Shown here: positions 48,493 through 59,654 of the stretch, one piece after another
Layout: each line of letters opens with the position of its first letter
Numbering within the stretch: position 1 is the stretch's first letter
The notes under the pieces: generated by a model
Databases searched by the model: none
Told to the model about the DNA's origin: nothing
What the model saw: the letters and a program-made list of their open reading frames with translations, nothing else
Made by a program: the position numbers and the translations under genes
NCBI GenBank assembly: GCA_001600815.1
Contig: BCKZ01000016.1
Coordinates: 361,077 to 425,076, forward strand
DNA length: 64,000 nt
Reading direction: 5' to 3'
Source: Alloascoidea hylecoeti
Taxonomy: Eukaryota

Positions 48493-51393
48493 TATAATCA
48501 TAATTACAATTACTAGTGTTCTTAGAGAACCCTTTAAAAGGAAAACAGAAACTAAAAGACAATTTCAAAAGAGCAAGCATTAATATTTTTGATCATAGCT
48601 ATAAATAATGTCATAATTGGAGCGATGTTATTCTTTAAGCTCCGTATGTATAGTTTTGGTTCATTGAATGTGCAAGAATAATATTCACATTCCAAGGATA
48701 ATTACTAGAAGCACTTTGTAAACGTTCTTGCAAAGTTTCGGCTGATCGTGATTGAGAGGGAACTGTGTTTACAACTGTCAAGTGATCCATAGGTGTCTGT
48801 ATAGGTACTTGATCAGGAACTAGGTTTGAAGTTGCTGACTGTTCTATAAGTGACTGTATGGCCGGTCTCTGAGTCGGTTGAGTCTGAATCCCAGTATCAG
48901 CTGCAGGTACGTTATTGTCAAAGTCCATAATGATCAGAGATAGAGAAGCGTTGCGAAGAGGCTGGGGGTTTGGTCTTAATACTTCACTCTCTCCTTTGTG
49001 ATCTTCATAGAATTTGATTAATTGCTTGTCAAACTCGCTTCTTTCGCGACCTGTTAGTAAAGGAGCCCAGGTGGTGGGATGGAGAAGTTTATCAATATAA
49101 TCATAACTTTGAAGATATCTTCTTTGAGACAGTCTTTCAACCTCATCTAAAAATCTCAAATCCCCAGTAAGTATCACTCTGTACTTCTCAGCATGCTCGA
49201 TGACGTTCATTATTCTCGAGTGATCTGTGTCTGCTTCCATCTCCAATATTTCCGTTTTATTGTTTGTGTACCAGGTTCTCCAAAGTTCAACGGGATGAAC
49301 TCTAATGTTATATCGGGGTATTGGGGCAATTGTCATGTCTCTTATAGATGTTATTGAGTGGAGTAGAGAAATATTAAAAGATTAGAGAGTATATTCATGA
49401 ATATAATTAAATATTCAATTATTGCACAATTTCCAACTCAACAATAATTATAAGAGCTCGAGTTGTGTACTTGCGATTTGTTCTCACATGCATATGCATA
49501 CTTTGACAGTTGTTGCTATACTGCAGCTCAACTCAATTTATATATATTAGCCACAGACAAATATAGAAATAAAGTACATAGTATACCTATACTAAGTTGT
49601 TCTGGAAGCATTAAATAAATATAATACGTTTTGAACAAGAGTCTGTCAGTAGAGAGTCAGTTCTACGATAATATCAGCTTATATGAGCAGATAGAGCGTA
49701 TATTGCTATTTATAACCACCACATATAAAGATTTATAAGACTAGCTATAAGCTATTATTAAATATGAGCTAAATATATAGATATTGTACTAACTTTGTTT
49801 ATTTTAATAACAAGAATATATATTTTTATACAATATGTGTTAGATAAAGAGCTCATAATCATCAAATAAACAGTTAGTAGACGGGCTTTCTCTCCCCAAT
49901 GTTAATAGAGAAGCCATAATTAGTTCAGTAGTGAAAAAACAAGTGATCGAACAAAAATGCTTTATGGTTTAGTATTTAAACATCACCAGTGTCAGTGTGA
50001 TCATTGCAACATTAAATGGCGATTATAAAGAGTCAGGAAGAGTAACGTATTTGGCTATATAATTGTTAAAATTTAAAATCAGTTATTGAAAATGTTGAAT
50101 TGACCTCAGCTTACTCGCGTGTTTTCGTATCGCGCATATGGCCTATATTGTGATTACGAAATACTTTTTTTATCCTCGTGATGATCATACTTCCGAGTAT
50201 CCTTCCTACATATAACTATAGTAATGTCAAACAATACATCTAGACTTACCATTTCACTTATACTATAAACTAGTATGAAGATGTGTTACATATTGTATCA
50301 TATTGATGGTCCCAGATACGAGCCTGATAAGTCACAGCTATATTATATTGTATTGTATGTTTATATGGGTGACATTGGGTGAACATAAATATTGAATTAT
50401 AGTGAACCGCTTTTACCAATATTCATTATATGCGAACCCAGTGATATTTGTATAAGGGGGAAATAGATTCTTTAAATTGTATTAACTTTATTATAAGATT
50501 GGACTTTTAAATTCCGAAGCATTCATAATCATATAATCATTTGTATATCCGTTTATAAATTTACGTTGAAACTTAAATTAATATTATTTTCAATTATAAT
50601 TTACAATGTTGCTGCAAATAATCGCAATCTTAATAGATATATTCTTGCCATTATCTTTAGTTTAGGGTTGAGTACCCTTAAACGAATTTAAATTAGTCAA
50701 TATTAATGAGCTTCTTTTACATCTTCAATAATCCAAAGTGGCCAAAAATAATAGGATTATATGGGTTTACTTCTACCTGACTACTCTTTAAAGTCTCAAT
50801 TTCTTTAGATTATTCTTGTTGGGTTTCTTCTCATCAATCTGACACTCTCCATCATTGCTTGAGTTGCTTGTGCCATAAGAGCTAACGGGTCATTTGTAGA
50901 ACTATCCCAAATAAATCTTTATTCTTTATTGTCAACTATTTCTTTTCCTTCCTTTCTTAAAATAATCAGCCACCCCCTTCTATTTATAAAATTTAATCTA
51001 ATATCTTTAACTAGCTTCCAATAAAACCCAATAAATCTAATAGATTATGATTATTCAAATCGACTTGTATAAATCCCTGAGTGTATGACATGGGATTCTA
51101 TTATTGATAAACAAAAGCTTTTCAAAGGGAAATATTGTATCTTCAAATTAATAACTTTAATTAATTAAGGTTCCTTTGACTTCGATTTGGTCTACAAAAG
51201 TTATTATTATTATTTATATACTTCGGTTTAAAGCGTGTTAATATATGCGGATTTTCAATCTCAATTGCTTATAACAATATATAACGATTAACATTACTCT
51301 TGCAATAGTTAATTGTTGCTGTTAACGTTAAACATTGTTGCAACCGGCTGTTGTGGACTTCGTATATATACGCACGTAGCTGTAACTCGGAAA
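48493..51393 (-). repeat. Right arm of the 2901-bp inverted repeat
   Basis: Reverse complement of 44530-47430. Confidence 0.97.
48635..49336 (-). CDS. Orphan 233-aa protein, copy 2 (right arm)
   Basis: Translation identical to 46587-47288. Confidence 0.6.
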   Translation of the reverse strand: MTIAPIPRYNIRVHPVELWRTWYTNNKTEILEMEADTDHSRIMNVIEHAEKYRVILTGDLRFLDEVERLSQRRYLQSYDYIDKLLHPTTWAPLLTGRERSEFDKQLIKFYEDHKGESEVLRPNPQPLRNASLSLIIMDFDNNVPAADTGIQTQPTQRPAIQSLIEQSATSNLVPDQVPIQTPMDHLTVVNTVPSQSRSAETLQERLQSASSNYPWNVNIILAHSMNQNYTYGA

Positions 51394-52619
51394 ACAAATT
51401 GTAGTAAAATAAAAAAAATATCAATTCCTTTGAACTCAATTTAATAGTATTCATTTAACTTCCTTATTATTGCAAAATATCTTCCTATCTAATTTTCCAA
51501 CTCTTGGAAACTGGTATAAAATATATAGCTGCTCTAGACTGTGATCGTACGATATACCTATCCATTGCAATATTTATTATCAACTAAATGTAATCATGGT
51601 TAAATTCACCCTTAAAAATGTTGTTAACTACTATGATACTAGTACTGTAAAAAAAACACTCTATGTGTCCGACAACTGCGCATGAAGCTATATTTGGATA
51701 TTCCTACCCAGAAATCATTTAGTATATTGAACAATAAGATCAAAGATAGTATGACTTATAGCTAGCTATAGTATGATGATACTATGATCTATCGGTTTCA
51801 CTGATTGGAAAAATAATCATGTATTTCGCCCAGAACAAATAATATTTCAAATTTCCCTCCCACGTGTACAATTTTCAAATATTAATATAATTATTGGTTG
51901 TGTATTTGTTTAAAACAAAGTCTGGTATGGCAAACCACAATCTGTATCTACTATCTAGATTTATTATATGATATATCTCTATATGTCAAGACTACTACAC
52001 TTAAGAAAAAACCATAAATGTTGCTATATATGTATATAAAACTTATAATTAGGTGGTTGCAATTGTGTTAAAACAGATTCAAGATGTATTATATTACCTT
52101 AAAGTGATCATGTATTGAGTAACCTGTAACAATGTGGTCCCATTGAAATAAATTGAGGGTTGAAGATTCAAACTTAAGTTGAGTTTCCTGTGATCACTTG
52201 TTTCTAAATATAATATGGTGAATATTTTCAAATCTTCTCGTGATTTTGCGTGGGATATCGGCATACTGTACATCTATCTTAAACTTGATGTAAGACTTTT
52301 AGTTGTCATAGAACTTAGATTGATCCTGCTTATATTGTAGGGGTCTGACACCGATGCCTTTGGAGCTCTAGATGTGTTTAATATATATGATAATTATAAA
52401 CGATCAAGCTTAAGAGCGATGTTAGGGCCCCCCATTGGCATGGTTAACTGAGCATTGTATGAGGAGAAAACGGAATTGATCATCCAGGTCCAGAAATCAA
52501 TATTGGGGCTCTAGGTATATATATGGAGTTCAAATATAAGGGTTAGAGTGATTTTACGGGGTTTTACATATTTTGTGAATTTATAAGAATTTCCGAGATT
52601 TAATTTTGTTTTAGGGCTC

Positions 52620-52923
52620 AAATCAGCATAAGTGTATCAACACCATCACATTTACACTTAAATATTCTATAAGACGCATTTTTTTCTTCTTCTTCTTTTC
52701 TCTTCAACGCAAATTTAAACGATCTGAAGTTGTTGGGATTTTCCCATCAACATTTAAAGCGTGTATACGAGGGCGCCCATTGTGTGTTGCCCCATGACAT
52801 AATACATTTTTGATATTCAGATTGAGAGAGCAAATAATCGATCTTGGGTGCAGCATTTCATTTGAATAGCTTTGTCTTTTCTAAAGGTTCCCTTCGTGGT
52901 CCTGAATGAGATTTGGTGCAATG
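52620..52923 (-). pseudogene. Possible decayed coding fragment of unknown family
   Basis: About 100 codons in one frame with two internal stops (HCTKSHSGPRREPLEKTKLFK*NAAPKIDYLL...WGNTQWAPSYTRFKC*WENPNNFRSFKFALKRKEEEEK...). Confidence 0.3.
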
Positions 52924-53302
52924 ATCGGTAAAACATTTTAATTTATTTTTAACTTAAAGATAGTTTATATTTTATGTTTTGTTTTTCGTATTTGTATGAG
53001 TGTAAAATTTTTATGATGAATTTTAGGAAAACTGTTAACTTATGATAATTACAACTGAAAGATTTGTAGGTTATATTTGTAGCTCGTGTGCTCATTCAGC
53101 GAGCTGTAGTATCAATTGTAGTTAATTCAAAGGCCTTATGGTTACATTGTTTTATTATATTTGGTAGAAAAAATTGGTACGCGTATGTAAAAACTCCACA
53201 TTACACCCTTATAATTCTTTGGAATTCACCTTTCAAATCTTCATCTTGAACACACTAAAAGTTTGTTGATATACACTATAGATTATAACCATAACGACGG
53301 AA

Positions 53303-54587
53303 ATGACATCTTTAGAATATGGAATTATAGAAAATTTACAATTTCCATATGGTGATGGAATAAATACAGACACGTCTCAAAAATCTAAATACAATAAAAT
53401 TATATCTAATAGAAATAGTTTATCACGCACTCTTCTATTTGATAAACTTGTTAATGAGATGAGTAACGGGAAAATTGATAGTATGTTTTCGCAAAACCGT
53501 TTATAGATATTGAATTTTGCTAACGAAATCTGAAAAATTAGGTCAAAAATTTTATCCACCAACATCTTCGAAACAACTTATATATTTTATCAATGAAATC
53601 AATAAACAAATATCAAATACATTAAAAAAGACTTGCATTATCTATTATATCCTAAAAGATTATGGGGCTGATGATGAAGGGATAAAAGTATCTGATTATT
53701 TCAATAATAATGGGTTATTTGAACCAGAAGATATTGCGACCAACTTATTCTTTAATTCAACAAAATTACCGGAGAACTATAAAAATTTAATTGATGGACT
53801 GTATAATATTGATAACCTAGAATTTGATGTCGGTTTGAGTTATCTTATAAGGTCAAATATCCAGCCTACGTATTACGAAGAGATTATTAGCTATTTTGCA
53901 AAAGCTGATGAGTTGCATCAACCTAGACCAGCACATTATTATATTTTAACTTATATTTCAGTCACTCATCCCCCTTTAAACAATATGAATACAATTCTAC
54001 TTTATGTTGACTCGTTAATCAGTAACAATATGATTTTTGAATCTTTTAAAGAAATCCGTGCGTTGTCTGCCGATGAAAATAATAATTTAAAACAATTAAA
54101 AAATTTAGATGGAGAATCAGATGATAAAGATGATGATGAGACATCAGGGTCAATTTATGGCAGTTTGCTGCGCCATATTCTTAAAACTTTGATATTGAGG
54201 ACAATTGTCATCAAAAGTAATAATAAATATTCAAAAGACTCAAAAGATACTGAGGCATTAGGTACACCATTATTAATTGCAAATCTTTCAAGGAATTTTT
54301 TATCCGATGAAAGATTACGGGAAGTGTTGAACGATTTTATAGTTGATGATAAGAAAAGTATAGTTACACAAGACAACTTGCAACAGATTTATGGTTTTGA
54401 TATTACAAAAATTGATTCAATGAGTAATTACTTGATTGGTGTGAATAACGATTTTAAAATTATATCTAGAAATATCATCATACTACGGGGACTTCATTTG
54501 AACGAGATTGGAAAAGACTATACTGATAATAATAATGATGAGATGGAGGTGATAACAGATGTAAATAATGTATTGGTGTCAGTATAG
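53303..54587 (+). CDS. ELYS-like nuclear pore assembly protein (Ely5-like), intron 53481-53541
   Basis: FPY...I..NR..L...LLFDKL, YPPTS..QL......I......KK.CIIYYILKD and LP..Y..LIDGLY.ID..EF..GL.YL fit the ELYS domain. Intron GTATGT..GCTAAC..TAG joins the two ORFs in frame. Confidence 0.75.
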
Positions 54588-55155
54588 TTTAAATTGGTAT
54601 ATGATAATTTATTATTTTCTGATTACATGTAGAAGCAAAACTATAACATACATACATGTAGATATCGCTTTCATTAATATTCTTCTGGATCTACATTATA
54701 TGCGAAAAGTCAAATATTATGTCTCCATTAATCCGGGTGAAATTCTAACATTTGATCCATCGTATGATGATCACAAGATTGTACCCTGCCTTAAAGTTTT
54801 GTATGATATCACAAGTTAAAACAGGCCAGATCCCGAAGAATTAAAAGGAGATCTTGCAACTGTGATGGAAGTTTTTGGAATTGAATTCCAGTTTTTACTA
54901 ATACTTCCTTATAAGCTTGCAATTGAAAATTTTACAGATAATTAATATTTATATGTATAATTCCCCCTCCGCTGGTAACATGGATATATTAATACAAAAT
55001 TAATAATAAATATAGTAACAACCCAACGTTAACGGTAACAATATTACACATAGCCTTTGTCCATCCACTGACTCATTATAAATAATCGTTTCTCTCTTCT
55101 TAACCTTCTCTTTCTGAACTCATCGCTTCTACACCTGAATTATTCAAATCTAACG

Positions 55156-57037
55156 ATGATGAGACTACGGGTAATGTGTCCGAGCGAATTTCGAGCTGTG
55201 GGACGACAGAGCATGCACTTTTATGACAAATCGAAAGGCTGCAATAGGTTTAATCGATTGTTTTCGGCAGCACAGACCCCAAGATGCCTAGCTGTTGAAA
55301 CTCAAAGGATAGACAAAGAGGTGGCCGAAAGAACTTTAACAACAACCCTAAGTTCACATGAGATTCCCATGGGCAGGAAGGAGCCCACAAATGGCACACA
55401 AATTTCCAACCCCAGCTCATCTTCTGCAACACCTTCTGAAAATTTGGTACCCATTAAAAAGGTGGATGTTGAAATAAAATCTTGTGATTCTTTAGGATCA
55501 AGAGTTATGCCAGAATATATTCGTATGCACACAATTACAACGTTATACTTTTTAAATAATTCTATTTTATTGAAACTTATACTAACCTAATCATGATCGT
55601 GAACATGATCATCTCTTTATTATTTAGCTAACCATAATTCAAAATTGCACACTATGATATGGAATGCGAGTAACAGACTACGAAATATATTCATCATCAA
55701 GAAACCCTACATCCCCCATGTAAGAAATGCAATGATTACATTTATCAAGTATGTGTATTTCGGAGGTATCGCGTTTAATATACTCATGACCTAATTCAAT
55801 TTCCTTTAATTATAGTCATATTCATGCAAAATATCCTGATATAAACATTATAGTCGAGCAAGAGACGGCCAATGAACTTCAACATGAGTTCAGAATTAGA
55901 GATTATATAGAGTCAGAAATTGGAGAAATCGAAGTCAATTCTCAAGTGAAGCCATTAATAAGGACGCAATCCTTATATACAGGAACACACCAAAAAATCG
56001 CCAAGAAAGCAGACTTGATTGTGACTTTAGGAGGTGACGGAACAATTCTGAGGGCCGCCTCGTTGTTTTCAAGAGAGTTAGTACCACCGATACTAAGTTT
56101 TTCTTTGGGTACCTTGGGATTTTTATTACCATACAATTTTAAAGACCATGAGGAGGCATTTTCTCAAGTAATTAGCTCACGGGCAAAAGTTATGAATCGA
56201 ATGCGACTACAATGCCACGTCTATCGACAAGAAAAACATTATAGACATAATCACCACCCCTTTGAACCACAACACTGGACCCAGCGTTATTCAGATACTA
56301 CCCGAAAAGATCTTATAGAAACCCCACTCATGACAGGAACAGTGGAAGCCGCTCAAAGATATCACAGTCAAAAACACAGCTCTTTATCGGTATGCCATGC
56401 TATGAATGATATTAACATTCATCGTGGCTCTCAACCGCATTTAACTACACTAGATATAAAAGTCGATGGTAATTTCTTGACACGCACAATAGGCGATGGT
56501 GTTTCAATTTCAACTCCCACAGGCTCAACGGCATATTCATTATCTGCTGGCGGCTCGATTGTTCATCCTTTAGTTCCATGTATCCTTCTAACCCCAATTT
56601 GTCCGAGATCACTAAGTTTTAGGCCTGTTATTTTGCCTGCAAGATCTCGGATAGAAATTTTAGTAGCTAACCAATCAAGAAGCACAAGCGCCAAGTTAAA
56701 CATTGATGGTATATCACAAGGTGAACTTTCTGCAGGAGATGAGCTCCGTGTGATGTCTGAAGGTCATTCTTTATATTTTTCAAATTATATGAAGGATGCA
56801 GAATCTGCTAAACAGATTGGCACGAATAAATTGATTACAACATCCGATATTAACCAAAAGGGAGCTTCATCGCGAAATGCCTCGACAGATAAATTGAACA
56901 AACACATTAACTCACAGCAGCTTAATGATAAGGGAATATGGTGTGTAGCCAGGACGGAAAATGACTGGACCGGTGGATTGAATGAATTGCTTGGTTTTAA
57001 TTCTTCTTTTGGTGGTTCCAAGTCTGACCATAAATAA
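55156..57037 (+). CDS. POS5: Mitochondrial NADH kinase, introns 55523-55627 and 55749-55815
   Basis: SKLHTMIW...RNIFIIKKP, DLIVTLGGDGTILRA, FSLGTLGFL, MNDINIHRG and STPTGSTAYSLSAGGSI; Arg-rich N-terminus. Confidence 0.92.
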
Positions 57038-57268
57038 CTATTATCTCATTGTCTGTGAAGGAGAAGAAGTATAGAAAGACTTCTGAGCTTACACTTGATA
57101 ATAGCACTTATAACACATAAATATATAAATCTATAATATTAATTGCATGATTGTTTTTGGTGTAGTTTATACATAATAATAAATATCTAATATTTTCTTC
57201 CGTACAACAAAGAACACCAAACACCTTTTTCTAAATTTGTTACTATCTAACCTTATATCGGATTCACG

Positions 57269-59455
57269 ATGACTACAGCAGTCGGCCACAAATCAAATGC
57301 AAATAATCTAAAGGACCATTATGGTATTGTCATTGATGCTGGCTCAAGTGGGTCACGAATTCAGATATATAAATGGCCGGAAACTGAATATTTAAAGGCT
57401 ACCTCATCGGATCTAAAAATATTAAATTCTGTCCCTGAAATTGTTCAAGATGAAAAATGGTCGAAGAAAATATCTCCAGGTGTTTCGAGCTTTAAAGATA
57501 AACCAGGAAAGATATGGAAAAATCATTTGAAACAGCTTATTGAACATGCTAAGGAGATCATTCCAGCTGAGAATCATAAGGATACACCTATATTTGTCCT
57601 AGCCACGGCTGGAATGAGGCTACTTCCCGAAGATAAAAGAAACATAATTCTTAATAATATATGCTCAAGTTTACAAAATGATAACACCTTCTACTTACCA
57701 GATTGTACATCTCATGTTCAAATGATAGATGGCGAAACCGAAGGAATTTATGGCTGGTTAGCACTTAATTATTTAACAGGAAAGTTCAATAGTTATGGTT
57801 CCAAAGACCAAAAGCATGATTCCTATGGATTTATGGACATGGGGGGAGCTTCTACACAGTTGGCATTTGCTCCAAACTCTACTGAATCAGCAAAACATAG
57901 TGAAGATTTGTCAACAATATATTTGAGAAATGTTGATGGGGCCACACAAGAATGGAAATTGTTTGTGACAACATGGTTAGGATTTGGAGCAAATCAGGCT
58001 AGAAAAAGATATTCGGAAATGCTAATACTGCTTGGCGATTCTGATGAAACAGATGAAGTTGAAATAATTACTGATCCTTGTATGCCAGAACTTTTGGAAA
58101 GTTCATATGAGTATTCAAAGCATCGAACCTCCTTAGTTGGGGCAGGGAGGTTTGAACAATGTTTAAAAACGATGTACCCACTATTGAGAAAGCATCTTTC
58201 CTGTCAAGACGAACCGTGCCTTTTCAATGGAGTCCATGTTCCAGGTATTGACTTCAACAAAGATCAATTTGTAGGGGTTAGTGAATATTGGTATACCTCA
58301 AACGATATTTTTAAATTGAATGAATCTTTTAGTTTCCTTTCCTATAGTTTAAAAGTCAAAACTTTCTGTGAAACAAGTTGGCCACAAATCCAAAAAGATG
58401 TTAAAAATGGAATCTATGGTGATTTACCTATTGAATATTTAGAGGACGCTTGTTTTAAGGGTAGCTGGATTGTAAATGTGCTACACGAAGGATTTGGAAT
58501 GCCAAGAGGAGGTGTCGATGTTAGTGAAGATGAAGTGAAACAACAGGAAAATCAACATCATGTTTTCAAAAGTGTAGGCTCAATTGGAGGGTCAGAAGTT
58601 GCCTGGACTTTAGGACGAATGTTGCTTTATGCTTCAAGTTTAGTACCAGCTCTTCCAAATTCACCAGCAGTTGGAATTATACCTAGCAAGATATCAAGCT
58701 CAAGTGTTTTAACTGGAGGTGGGGGAGATCAAAAATCTTTGTTTGATTCCGTCACAAACAAATTGAAAAATATCGATGATGATGATTTTGAGAATCCATT
58801 TATTATATTTTTCTTAATTTTATTAGTTATTGGTTTACTATATTGCATATATCTGAGATATCCAACTGGAACGAAGCGTTCTATTGAAAAGATAAAAATC
58901 CAGTTTGGGATATATACGAGCAAAATCAGGAACTATTTCAATCATACTGGTTTGCGTAACCAATCAAGAAACACTCCTCAAATGTTTAATTTCAATGATG
59001 ATAACGAAGGCCTTGATCTTGAGGCTGGTACTACCATTAATATTGGAAATGACTACACCGATTCCCCTCGTGCATCGACTCCAAAGAATCTATCACGAGT
59101 GGATAGTTCCTCATCTCGAAGTGCAGTAGATCTATCTAATTTGCGAACTAGAAGTAGTGTCAATCTTAGTGGTACTGGAAGAACTGTTAATATGTCAACA
59201 CCAAACTTATCGAAAGTACCATCTCAGACTTTTTCTAGGATCGGGTCACCATCTTCCAATGCAACTTTCAATAATATAATGTCTTTAGGAGGAGCAAGTT
59301 CAATTCCTTTCAGTCAATTTCATTCTACAGTGGGTAACTCTTTCAACACACTCAGAAACGCCGTTGATTCGAGATTAGAGGAATGGAATCTGAACGCAAA
59401 TATAAACAATGGTCTCTCTACCCGAACACCAAATTATGACAATGAGGTTGAATGA
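57269..59455 (+). CDS. YND1: Golgi apyrase (GDA1/CD39 family)
   Basis: YGIVIDAGSSGSR, LATAGMRLL, GETEGIYGW, DMGGASTQ, WLGFGANQAR and WTLG, with a TM near the C-terminus and a cytosolic tail. Confidence 0.92.
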   Translation: MTTAVGHKSNANNLKDHYGIVIDAGSSGSRIQIYKWPETEYLKATSSDLKILNSVPEIVQDEKWSKKISPGVSSFKDKPGKIWKNHLKQLIEHAKEIIPAENHKDTPIFVLATAGMRLLPEDKRNIILNNICSSLQNDNTFYLPDCTSHVQMIDGETEGIYGWLALNYLTGKFNSYGSKDQKHDSYGFMDMGGASTQLAFAPNSTESAKHSEDLSTIYLRNVDGATQEWKLFVTTWLGFGANQARKRYSEMLILLGDSDETDEVEIITDPCMPELLESSYEYSKHRTSLVGAGRFEQCLKTMYPLLRKHLSCQDEPCLFNGVHVPGIDFNKDQFVGVSEYWYTSNDIFKLNESFSFLSYSLKVKTFCETSWPQIQKDVKNGIYGDLPIEYLEDACFKGSWIVNVLHEGFGMPRGGVDVSEDEVKQQENQHHVFKSVGSIGGSEVAWTLGRMLLYASSLVPALPNSPAVGIIPSKISSSSVLTGGGGDQKSLFDSVTNKLKNIDDDDFENPFIIFFLILLVIGLLYCIYLRYPTGTKRSIEKIKIQFGIYTSKIRNYFNHTGLRNQSRNTPQMFNFNDDNEGLDLEAGTTINIGNDYTDSPRASTPKNLSRVDSSSSRSAVDLSNLRTRSSVNLSGTGRTVNMSTPNLSKVPSQTFSRIGSPSSNATFNNIMSLGGASSIPFSQFHSTVGNSFNTLRNAVDSRLEEWNLNANINNGLSTRTPNYDNEVE

Positions 59456-59654
59456 CAATCAACAAGAGATAAATAAAATATTGTTATTTTTTATTCAAAT
59501 ATATCTTATTTAATAGGGTTGAAGGTTCGTTATGGTCTATTATTTACTAACACTATAAATATAATTATAATATAGATTTTTTTATCACTAATCGATATCG
59601 GTTTCATTCTTATATCCTATAATATATATCAAGTTCTATAATGCATTATTAATA

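Noticed and set aside
47431..48580. MAT-type genes in the core (flip/flop mating-type switch), including ORFs 48294-48497 and 48299-48580
   Set aside because: No HMG, alpha-box or homeodomain motif is recognisable, the core is only 1 kb, and the short ORFs look random. A stop-riddled QRESIKKKWSRMRREL fragment is too weak to call.
44530..51393. The IR as an LTR retrotransposon or autonomous TIR transposon
   Set aside because: The repeats are inverted rather than direct, and there is no gag-pol or transposase in the core and no target-site duplication.
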